Source: Trueperaceae bacterium (GTDB taxonomy: Bacteria; Deinococcota; Deinococci; Deinococcales; Trueperaceae). Taken from it: a stretch of 64,000 nt of DNA. The DNA lies in assembly GCA_965214405.1 (NCBI GenBank), contig OZ243956.1, positions 3,680,001 through 3,744,000 of the forward strand, read 5' to 3'. Positions 48,571 to 56,949 of the stretch are shown piece by piece. Below the pieces are notes generated by a model. The model ran no database searches and had not been told where the DNA came from. It worked only from the letters and a program-made list of their open reading frames with translations. Every line of letters begins with the position of its first letter. Position 1 is the first letter of the stretch. The translations under genes were made by a program, and so were the position numbers.

Positions 48571-50154
48571 ATGAAGAAAATGGTTCTGTTTGTGGCGACG
48601 CTTCTACTTGGCACCGCACTCGCGCAGGACGCGCTTCTCGGCGACTGGCAGGGCGCGATTGGGCCGGGTACGCTGGGTTTGGGCGTCACCGTGCATTTCA
48701 CGCAAGGAGAGGGCGGGCTAAGCGGGACGATTGACATTCCGGCGCAGGGTGCGCAGGGGCTCGAGCTTGATGTTGCGGACGCGTCAAATGAGAGCGTGCG
48801 CTTTATCATCCAAGGCGTACCTGGCAACGCGACGTTTGACGGCAGCTTGAATGGCGATACGCTGTCCGGCACCTTTACGCAGGGCGGGCAGACCTTTCCT
48901 TTTACGCTTTCCAGAGTTCAAGCCGCCGCGACGGAGGGCGCAGCAGGTGGTGCGGGAGAGGTCACGGGAGGTGCGACAGGCGGCGCTGCGGGTAGCGTAA
49001 CGGGTGGCGCGTCAGGAGGCGTAACAGGAGGTATGACGGGTGGTGCGGCGGCGATGGACGCCAGGGGGGCGCTCGAGCGTTTTCTTACTACTAGGCCAAT
49101 TCAGGCCGACTGGTTTGCAGAAAGCTTTTTGGCGGAAGTTCCGCTGTCGCAGCTCGAGCCCGGCTTGAAAAGTATCACTGACCAGCTCGGAGTTTATGAA
49201 GGGGTAGAGGGAAATAGCAGCCCCTTCACCGTGAGGTTTAGCCGGGGCACGGCAGCCGCGCATATCTCACTGGACGCGCAAGGGCAAATTGATAGACTGC
49301 TCTTGACCGACCTTAACTTTGGCGGTTTGGACGAGACCGTCTCCCGAATAGCGGCGCTCCCCGGTCAAACGAACGTACTCGTCCTCAAAAATGGCGAGGA
49401 GGTGGCGTCGCACAACGCGGACACGCCGCTCGGCGTCGGCTCGGCCTTTAAGCTCGCGGTGCTCGCCGCGCTGCAAGACCAGATCGAAGCGGGCACGCAC
49501 GCGTGGGACGAAGTGGTGGAGCTAAAAACCGAGTGGAAGAGTCTGCCGAGCGGCATTTTACAAAACTGGCCCGACGGCACGCCGCTGACCCTGCAAACGC
49601 TCGCCACGCTGATGATCTCGGTAAGCGACAACACCGCGACGGACGCGCTCATTCACGTTGTGGGGCGCGAGGCGGTAGAGGCGAAGGGTGCGCGTAACCG
49701 GCCCTTTTTAACCACGCAAGAGCTTTTCAAGCTCAAAGACCCGCAAAACAGCGCTCTGTTGGAGCGTTATCTGACAGGCGATGAGGGAGCCAAACGTGCG
49801 GTTTCAACCCAGTTGGCGGACCTTCCTCTCCCCAATGCCGCGGTCTTTGCGGGCGCGCCCCTGGCTTTGGAGGTCGAATGGTTCTTCACGCCCGCCGAAC
49901 TCTGCACGCTCATGGGAGAGGTGCAGGCGCTCCCGCTCATGAGCATCAACTCCGGCGGCCTCGCTAATCCGGCGGACTGGGGGCGAATCGCCTTTAAGGG
50001 AGGTTCGGAAGCGGGCGTTCTCAACCTGACGACGTGGCTTACCGGCAAAGACGGTGCGTCCTACTGCGTCACCGTGACGCAGAACAACCCCAACGCTCCG
50101 GTGGAGGAGGAGCTTTTTACGCTTTACAGTGGGCTGATTGGGGCGCTCGAGTAG
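48571..50154 (+). CDS. Secreted serine hydrolase, class A beta-lactamase-like fold (Cpe/LpqF-like) with extra N-terminal beta domain
   Basis: Signal peptide; GSAFK (SxxK), SDN, KGG; PFLTT-x-ELFKLK, EWF; TGG-repeat linker. Confidence 0.8.
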   Translation: MKKMVLFVATLLLGTALAQDALLGDWQGAIGPGTLGLGVTVHFTQGEGGLSGTIDIPAQGAQGLELDVADASNESVRFIIQGVPGNATFDGSLNGDTLSGTFTQGGQTFPFTLSRVQAAATEGAAGGAGEVTGGATGGAAGSVTGGASGGVTGGMTGGAAAMDARGALERFLTTRPIQADWFAESFLAEVPLSQLEPGLKSITDQLGVYEGVEGNSSPFTVRFSRGTAAAHISLDAQGQIDRLLLTDLNFGGLDETVSRIAALPGQTNVLVLKNGEEVASHNADTPLGVGSAFKLAVLAALQDQIEAGTHAWDEVVELKTEWKSLPSGILQNWPDGTPLTLQTLATLMISVSDNTATDALIHVVGREAVEAKGARNRPFLTTQELFKLKDPQNSALLERYLTGDEGAKRAVSTQLADLPLPNAAVFAGAPLALEVEWFFTPAELCTLMGEVQALPLMSINSGGLANPADWGRIAFKGGSEAGVLNLTTWLTGKDGASYCVTVTQNNPNAPVEEELFTLYSGLIGALE

Positions 50155-50309
50155 CGCCTCGTGCAAGAAGTGAGTAAGATATGCGTGGTCGCAGTCGTTT
50201 GAAGGAAGGTTTCTTTGTGTTTGTGCTGGAGGATTTTTTAGAGAAGCTGCAAGTTCGCTAGAGAAATCTCGCGCATCGCGCCAAGGCTTGGGCGGCCTAT
50301 ACTTTTCTT

Positions 50310-52952
50310 ATGCGGTTTTCTACACGGTCTGTATTTTTTGTTGCGCTTCTCGCACTTTTATTTTTGGCCCCCATGTCTCTGGCTTTTGCCACGCAGGAGG
50401 TGGTCGCACCTCGAGTGCGGGTGCTTTTCGAGGTCCCCGCGCTGGAGGGATACGCGCAGCGCGTCGCGGCGGAAGCTGAGCGGGCGCTGGACGTGCTCAT
50501 CCCCCTTTTTGGCTACGAGCCCGCCACCATCACCCTTACGGTTGAAAACACGACGGACGTATACAACGCCACGGCCTCCGCGCTGCCGCGCCCGTCGGTG
50601 GCGACTCGGGCGCTTTTTCCCACCGACATCTCGCTGGGCTACCGCGCTGAGGACGACCTCTATTTACTGTTGCTGCACGAACTCACGCACGTGATGCAGC
50701 TCCGCTACACCGCCCGCCCGGAGGGTGCGTCGGCGGGGCTCCGGCTCGGCCTGGTGGGGGAGGGGGTGGCGGCGCTGCCGCCGGGCTGGTTTATCGAGGG
50801 GCTGGCGGTCTGGATGGAATCCGAATACACCCTTGGGGGCCGCCGCAACGACGCGCTCACCACGGGGCTGGTAAGGAGCGCGGCGCTGGGCGAGGCGTGG
50901 CCGAGCCTGGCGGCGGTGAGCCTGAGTTCTTACAGCGCCTGGCCGGGGGGAAACGCGCGCTACCTCTACGGGGTAGGGTTTGTGGATTATCTAATTGGCA
51001 AATACGGTTTCGACACTGTGCTGAAAACGCTCCGAACGTACAACACGCGCGGGCTCTTTACGACGTTTGCGGAGGCATGGGAAGCGGCGGGCATCTCATT
51101 GGAGGACGAGTGGGCGGCGTGGCGCGAGGTGCTTACCGAGGCCGGAACCCTCCCCACAGGTGAGACCTTGACCGATACAGGCTGGTACACCCGCGCGCCC
51201 GCGGTGAGCCCTGACGGGAGGCGGCTGGCTTGGCTCGAGCACCCCTCGTCCGTCGTAATAGCCGACCTTGAAGGGGGGCAGATCACAAATAAGCGTACAC
51301 TCATCCGGGACCGGTTTTTGAGCGGGCTCGAGTGGCTAGACGACGACACGCTCCTTTACGTCAGGCCGGTGCGCCGAGCGGGCACGACCTTTTCGGAGCT
51401 TTTTTCGCTTGACGTGAGTACGGGAAGAGAGCGGCAGCTTACGACGGGGGCCAGGGCGGCGCTTCCGGCGGCTGCGCCGGACGGCTGCGTTTTGTATGTG
51501 CGCGACGACGTGACGACCGCCTCACAGTTAAAACGTTGGTGCGGTAGCACTTCCCAGACGGCTGTAGAAACGCTCTGGACCGCCCCGGCGGGCGCGCACA
51601 TCGTCGGCTTGGCGGTAAGCGACGAGGGGCGGGTCGCGCTCAGCGTGTGGCGGCGGGGTTTTGTGGATGTGGCGGTACTGGACGGGGGAGAGGTGACGTT
51701 TCTCACGCAAGACGCCGCGCAGGATTTAGACCCGGCTTGGCGCGGGGAGACGGGGTTGGTGTTTCGCTCCGACCGGGAGCCGGGGGGGGTGTTCGACCTT
51801 TATGCGCTCGACCTTCAGGACTCCCGACTCCGGCGGCTCACCCGCACGCTGGGCGGGGCTTTCGGGCCGGAGGTGGGGCCAGGCGGGGTTTTTTACGCCG
51901 AGTTGGGCGCGGGCGGCTTCGATATCGCCGAGGTGACCGATCCTATTAATGAAACCGTTTTTCTCACCGCTGCGCCTCTGCCTGACATCCCCGCACCCAT
52001 CACCTCTTTTCCGGTCCGCGTTTACAACCCGCTCCCCAGCCTCCGGCCCTACGGCTGGCTGCCCAACGGCGGGGGGGTCAGCCTTGACCCCTTCAGGGTC
52101 GCCTTTAACGCCTCGCTGCTCGGTCAAGACGACACCGCGCGGCACGCTTACGCGCTGACCGTCGGTTATGCGGGCGGGCTAGGCGGCCCGCTGGGTGGTG
52201 CTTATGCGAACCTCCGTTACGACTACGGGGGCGGCGCGTTGGTGGACCTCTCGGCGGTGCCGCTGCCCCTTAGATTTGGCGTGCAGGTTGGTCTCTGGCC
52301 CTACGCGCCGTACGGGGGCGCGCGTGGGGGAGAGGCGGCGGTGGTGCCGGGTCTTAAAGGTTCGGTGGCGCTGACCTTACCGGCGGACACCTGGACGGGG
52401 CGGGTGGGACTCGAGGCCGGGGTCATCCGTCTTGCGGACGCGTGGCGTCTAGACGCGTCCGCGCAGGGCGCGCGGAGCCGCGTTTACTTGGATACGTTTG
52501 GCTATCCACAACGGGGAACACGCGCCGCGCTCACCGGGGTGTGGCGGGCGACGCCCGCGGGTCCGCTGCCGGGCGCGTGGGCCGACGGCGTTTACTATTT
52601 TCCTACAAATCTGTTTGGCCTACCAGGAACCGTGGAGCTCGGCGGGCGCGGCGGCTACCAGATCGCGCCGCCCGTGCCCGTTCGTTTGGGGTCTTTTGCC
52701 GCGCTGGGCACCGCGGGCTACCGCGTGAGTTTGCCCGTGGGCTGGCGCTACGGCGACGGGCTCTACGCGTTGGAGCGCGTGACCGTAGAGCCCCGCGTGC
52801 GCGGCTGGCTCGGGACGAGCTCGAGCGTGGGCGCCGACCTAACCCTTTCTCTGGACACCGTCCTCAACTACAGCGCGCCGCTGAGCCTGAGCGCCACCCT
52901 TGGTTATGCTGACGGATTTTGGACGCGCTTCGGGGTGCGGCTGCCGCTTTAG
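50310..52952 (+). CDS. Exported gluzincin-like peptidase + TolB/PD40 propeller + probable C-terminal beta-barrel
   Basis: HELTH ... WFIEGLA; PAVSPDG, DPAW; amphipathic C-terminal strands. Confidence 0.7.
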   Translation: MRFSTRSVFFVALLALLFLAPMSLAFATQEVVAPRVRVLFEVPALEGYAQRVAAEAERALDVLIPLFGYEPATITLTVENTTDVYNATASALPRPSVATRALFPTDISLGYRAEDDLYLLLLHELTHVMQLRYTARPEGASAGLRLGLVGEGVAALPPGWFIEGLAVWMESEYTLGGRRNDALTTGLVRSAALGEAWPSLAAVSLSSYSAWPGGNARYLYGVGFVDYLIGKYGFDTVLKTLRTYNTRGLFTTFAEAWEAAGISLEDEWAAWREVLTEAGTLPTGETLTDTGWYTRAPAVSPDGRRLAWLEHPSSVVIADLEGGQITNKRTLIRDRFLSGLEWLDDDTLLYVRPVRRAGTTFSELFSLDVSTGRERQLTTGARAALPAAAPDGCVLYVRDDVTTASQLKRWCGSTSQTAVETLWTAPAGAHIVGLAVSDEGRVALSVWRRGFVDVAVLDGGEVTFLTQDAAQDLDPAWRGETGLVFRSDREPGGVFDLYALDLQDSRLRRLTRTLGGAFGPEVGPGGVFYAELGAGGFDIAEVTDPINETVFLTAAPLPDIPAPITSFPVRVYNPLPSLRPYGWLPNGGGVSLDPFRVAFNASLLGQDDTARHAYALTVGYAGGLGGPLGGAYANLRYDYGGGALVDLSAVPLPLRFGVQVGLWPYAPYGGARGGEAAVVPGLKGSVALTLPADTWTGRVGLEAGVIRLADAWRLDASAQGARSRVYLDTFGYPQRGTRAALTGVWRATPAGPLPGAWADGVYYFPTNLFGLPGTVELGGRGGYQIAPPVPVRLGSFAALGTAGYRVSLPVGWRYGDGLYALERVTVEPRVRGWLGTSSSVGADLTLSLDTVLNYSAPLSLSATLGYADGFWTRFGVRLPL

Positions 52953-52956
52953 AGAT

Positions 52957-53322
52957 TTAGAGGCAGGCGGCCTGATTTTTGAAAGAGAGCACGTAATCGA
53001 GCGCTTCTCTTACGGCGTGGCGCTCGGTAGGCTCGAGCGTCAGGGCATCTGCGTCAAGGAAAATTACGGCGGCACCAAGCGCGAGGGCGGCGCGCAAAAA
53101 CTCCTCTTTGGCGCGAAAGTCATTCTTTAGAAGCGTGTGCAAAATAAACCCTTTGGGCAGCTTTGCCAGATGGGCTCGAGCCCGCGCCTCCTCTCGAAAT
53201 AGCAGCGCCGCCCGGTCCTCGCCCTCTTTGATAAACAGGGGACTCATCACGCCGGGCAGGTCGCGTCCGAGATAGCTGAGGGTGCCGTCTAAAAAGAATT
53301 CGTTTGGGCGAGCGTCTTCCAC
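52957..53322 (-). CDS. Hypothetical protein
   Basis: Intact ORF; TAAAAT 6 nt before GTG. Confidence 0.7.
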   Translation of the reverse strand: MEDARPNEFFLDGTLSYLGRDLPGVMSPLFIKEGEDRAALLFREEARARAHLAKLPKGFILHTLLKNDFRAKEEFLRAALALGAAVIFLDADALTLEPTERHAVREALDYVLSFKNQAACL

Positions 53323-53403
53323 CAGAGCATTTTACCGTCAGGAACGGGGCCTCGAGGTTTTTCTGGAATTGAAGACGATCGAGACACTTTGCTGCTCAAA
53401 GCT

Positions 53404-55275
53404 TTACAAAAACAAACTCCGCACCCAGGGACTAAACGCGACGCCGATGAGGAGGCCCAAGTGGAGCACGTACTGGGCTAACAGGGGGGTCAAGCCGCTG
53501 CGGGTGCGCCGGTAGACCTCCGCGAGGAGGAGGCCGACGGTCAGCATGAGCGCAAGGGGCGCGCCTAAGACGAGCGCGTAAAGGACGCCCGACAAAAGCG
53601 TGCCGAGGAGGGGCGTGTAGCGCTTGGAGAGGGGCGGAACCACAAAGGCGCGAAAGTAGAGCGACGCGAGCGGCATCAGCACCACCGCCGCGAGCAGGGG
53701 CGGCGTGAAGCGCGACAAATCTAGGTAGAAGCCCCAGAAGGGTCGCCACGGCGCGTAGACCTGGGCCGCGAGCACGAGCCCGAGCAGCAGGAGGCCCGTG
53801 CCAACACCCGTGCTCGCGCCGCCCGTACCCGTCCTTGCGCTGCTTATACCCACGACACCCTCCATACGGTGGCCTGCGCGACCCCCCACGCCACTCACGC
53901 CGCCCCCCATAAGCGTTTCCAGGGGCTGCCAGCCGTTCGCGCGCACCCGCCACAGCGCCAGACCGACGAGCGTGAGGGCCAGCAGGGCGAAAAAGAGCGC
54001 CCTGGCCTCGCCCATCTGGACGGGCGTCACAAAGGCGAGGGGATTGCCGAAGCGCAGCGTCCCGTAGGCAAGGGTGCCCACGCCCGCCAACAAGAGGGCG
54101 GTGAGGAGCGTGAGGTAGACCTGGCCGACCGTCCAGGGCTCGGGACCCTCGCGCAGCTCGAGCGTCGACCCGGCCCCGATGCGGCTCTCGCCAACGAGGT
54201 GCAAGGCCAGGAGCACCCCGAGCAGGAGGAGCCAGAGGAGGTTCTCATTGAGCAGCCCGAAGGGACTGTCCGCCTCGCGCAGGGCTCTATTGCCGTTACG
54301 CACGCTGCCTTGCGCGTAGTAGATGAGCGCCAGATCGCGGAGGTCTCGCTGCGTGGCCTCCCGCGCGCCACTACCGCGCAAGATGATGGCGGTGTCTAGG
54401 GCCTCGGCGGCTCCTCTAAGGTCGCTCATCGCCCAGGCCACGTGGCCGAGCAGAGCATAAACCTCTGGATTCTTTTCACCCGACAAACGCTCGAAAGAGG
54501 CGAGTTCTCCCGCCGCGCCCTCTAAGTCTCCCAACTTGTAACGGAGTTCTGCGTCGGCTAAGCGGTAGGGGGCCTCGAGCCCGTCCGCGCGAATCGCCGC
54601 CCCGTAATGTTCCAGGGCCGCCGCGACCTCGCCGCGCGCTTCGGCAAGCCTTCCCGCCAGAAAATTGCGCCGCCCGTCCAGCGCGCGGTTGTACCTGCCA
54701 GCTAAGCGTGCGCTGGCGTCGTCTAAAAACCCTTGCGCCTCGCTGTAGCGCTTGCCGCGTAGGGCAATCTCGGCGAGGAGTACGTAGGGTTCGGCGCTCG
54801 AGCCGGTGCCCGGTGCGGTCGTGAGCCCGGAGAGCCGCGTTTCGGCCTCCTCTAGGTTGCCCAGCGCAACGTCGATACGCGCGAGGGCGAGCGCGGCGTC
54901 CCCTAGGCGCGGGTCGACCGAAAGCGCGTTTAGGCAGCTCTGCCGCGCGGTCTCTAAATCTCCGCCCGCCTCGAAGCGCAAGCACTGCCCGTAGTAGGTG
55001 TTGGCGTTAAAGCGCCCGCTTTGGGCGAAGCTGAACGCACTCAGCCAGAAGCCGCCGACCAAAAGGAGCGCTGTCAAGAAGCGGTGGCGTCTTTTGCCGC
55101 CCCGCCCTGCTCCTTCGAGCGTTCCTGGAGCGGCCCGGTTTTCCGTAAGTATCCTCTGGTGTGCGGCGGTGCTCCCAATATCGGGCAATGTGGGGTGGAT
55201 TCGCGGGAAAGGTTTGGTGAGCCTCACCCTATCATCATGCGCCACTACGGCGTCGGCGGGGATTGAATCATTCAC
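53404..55275 (-). CDS. TPR protein fused to degenerate CPBP/CAAX-protease-like membrane domain
   Basis: TPR-like helices, multi-TM C-terminus with PLASLYFR, YAL, Y-x-RT-x-S-x2-P; start uncertain. Confidence 0.7.
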   Translation of the reverse strand: MNDSIPADAVVAHDDRVRLTKPFPRIHPTLPDIGSTAAHQRILTENRAAPGTLEGAGRGGKRRHRFLTALLLVGGFWLSAFSFAQSGRFNANTYYGQCLRFEAGGDLETARQSCLNALSVDPRLGDAALALARIDVALGNLEEAETRLSGLTTAPGTGSSAEPYVLLAEIALRGKRYSEAQGFLDDASARLAGRYNRALDGRRNFLAGRLAEARGEVAAALEHYGAAIRADGLEAPYRLADAELRYKLGDLEGAAGELASFERLSGEKNPEVYALLGHVAWAMSDLRGAAEALDTAIILRGSGAREATQRDLRDLALIYYAQGSVRNGNRALREADSPFGLLNENLLWLLLLGVLLALHLVGESRIGAGSTLELREGPEPWTVGQVYLTLLTALLLAGVGTLAYGTLRFGNPLAFVTPVQMGEARALFFALLALTLVGLALWRVRANGWQPLETLMGGGVSGVGGRAGHRMEGVVGISSARTGTGGASTGVGTGLLLLGLVLAAQVYAPWRPFWGFYLDLSRFTPPLLAAVVLMPLASLYFRAFVVPPLSKRYTPLLGTLLSGVLYALVLGAPLALMLTVGLLLAEVYRRTRSGLTPLLAQYVLHLGLLIGVAFSPWVRSLFL

Positions 55276-55706
55276 TTGGGGTGAAAGGTTCTCGTCGGGC
55301 GTTCAGAAATCTTGACTCTCCGACCGAGCTGTGACGTATGATGGCCGGGGCAGACATTAAAGGTTAGAACCTCATGGATGAGAGGACGAGAAAGGAGACG
55401 GATGGCTGAGGCGACGGACGGAAATAGACTGCGCGGACGCCCGACTCCGGCTCTTGACGGGCTACCGTGAAGACTCCTTTAACTAAATGCTTGCACATTT
55501 TACAGGCGAGACTGTTACTATCACTTTCGTGACGCGTCACGCGAGCTTTCTTTTGGCCCTGATGTCGTTCCCGGTTTTGGTTTTGAATTTAAGCTTGGTT
55601 GTAACTCCAGCCTCGGCCCTGATCTTTATCTCGGCTTTGGTGACACACGCCCCGAGGGGCGTGCCGGGACGGGTGCTCGTGACGCGTCTGGAGAATAGAG
55701 GGCGCA

Positions 55707-56186
55707 GTGCTTAGTTTAATTTTGTGGATTTGTATAAGCCAACCCCTGACCGGGTTGCCGGACATGGCGCCGGGCACCGAGGTGAGAATCGTCGCGCTCG
55801 ACCTCATTACCGTCTACGCGGCGGCCACGGTCGAAAACGACACCTTGGCTTTTTCTACGCCGCTCGAGCCCGGCCGGGAAATTCGGCTACTTTTCGTGTC
55901 ACCTAGCGCAACCGACAAAGACGCGGTCAAAAATCTCGACTCCGCCCCCAAGGGCGCGATTAGCCCCGACGGCAACGACATCTTGCTCAGGTTTGACGAG
56001 CGCGGCTCCCCGGTCTCGTTTCGGGCGTGGCTTTTAGACGAGCGCGGCATCACGCTGGTGATGGGCGCGGGTGAGGGGGCGGAAAACTCCGGGACGCCCG
56101 GAGAAACAGCAGGAGAAAAGACGGAGGGGGGCGCTGACAAAACCTCCGAGGAGGCCGCGGGAACAGGTGGTAAAGGTGAAAGATAA
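55707..56186 (+). CDS. Hypothetical (possibly exported) protein upstream of two-component system
   Basis: ORF overlaps the response regulator start; start uncertain. Confidence 0.55.
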   Translation: MLSLILWICISQPLTGLPDMAPGTEVRIVALDLITVYAAATVENDTLAFSTPLEPGREIRLLFVSPSATDKDAVKNLDSAPKGAISPDGNDILLRFDERGSPVSFRAWLLDERGITLVMGAGEGAENSGTPGETAGEKTEGGADKTSEEAAGTGGKGER

Positions 56187-56847
56187 ACAAAACGTGCTCA
56201 TCGTTGAAGACGACTTAGACATCGGACGCTTGCTCATCTTAGAGCTCGAGGAGGCCGGTTTCGGCGTGACCCACTGCGACACCGGCATCCGCGGGTTGTC
56301 GGCCATCCGCGAAGAGGACCCCGACCTCATCGTGCTCGACCTTGGCTTGCCCGACCTAAACGGCGCTGAGATCGCCCGGCGGGTCCGCAAAACGAGCGAA
56401 ACGCCCATCATCATCCTCACCGCCGCCGACGACGTCGAGACCAAGGTGGATTTGCTCAACTCGGGCGCGGACGATTACCTGGCCAAACCCTTTCACGCCG
56501 AAGAACTCCTGGCGCGCATCAACGTGCAGCTTCGCCGCCGCTCGTCGGGGACGGTGCAAAAGGTAGGCGACCTGATGCTCGACTCCGCGCGGCGTCAGCT
56601 TTTTTGGGAAGAGCGCGAGGTGCGCCTCTCGCCGCGCGAGTTTGACCTGCTCGTCTACTTGTGCAACCAACCGGGCCGCGTCTACAGCCGCGAGGAGATC
56701 GAGACCAACGTCTGGGGCGAGGACTTACCGCCCTCGAGCAACGTCGTCGACGTGCATATCGCCAACATCCGCGGCAAGCTCCGCGACGCGGGCGGCTACG
56801 GCGTGATTCGCACGGTGCGGGGCATCGGCTACGCGATCAAGAGTTAA
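56176..56847 (+). CDS. OmpR/PhoB family response regulator
   Basis: LIVEDD, DLGLP, GADDYLAKPF, VDVHI, TVRGIGY. Confidence 0.95.
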   Translation: MKDKQNVLIVEDDLDIGRLLILELEEAGFGVTHCDTGIRGLSAIREEDPDLIVLDLGLPDLNGAEIARRVRKTSETPIIILTAADDVETKVDLLNSGADDYLAKPFHAEELLARINVQLRRRSSGTVQKVGDLMLDSARRQLFWEEREVRLSPREFDLLVYLCNQPGRVYSREEIETNVWGEDLPPSSNVVDVHIANIRGKLRDAGGYGVIRTVRGIGYAIKS

Positions 56848-56851
56848 GCGT

Positions 56852-56895
56852 AAGCGTCAAGGAGCCGGGAGCTTGAGCGGCTCTTTGACGCTTTT
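56852..56895 (+). terminator. Intrinsic terminator-like hairpin between response regulator and kinase
   Basis: AAGCGTCAAGGAGCCG ... CGGCTCTTTGACGCTT followed by TT. Confidence 0.7.
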
Positions 56896-56905
56896 ACCCT
56901 AACCT

Positions 56906-56928
56906 CATGATGTCTACATGATGTCTAC
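56906..56928 (+). repeat. 11-bp tandem direct repeat CATGATGTCTA x2
   Basis: 56906-56916 and 56917-56927, upstream of the kinase start. Confidence 0.75.
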
Positions 56929-56949
56929 TCTCCTCATGATTCTCCCTCT

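Noticed and set aside
48571..50154. Calling the serine hydrolase a functional beta-lactamase resistance gene
   Set aside because: KGG instead of KTG, no clear omega-loop Glu166 equivalent, and extra domains; closer to Cpe/LpqF-like proteins
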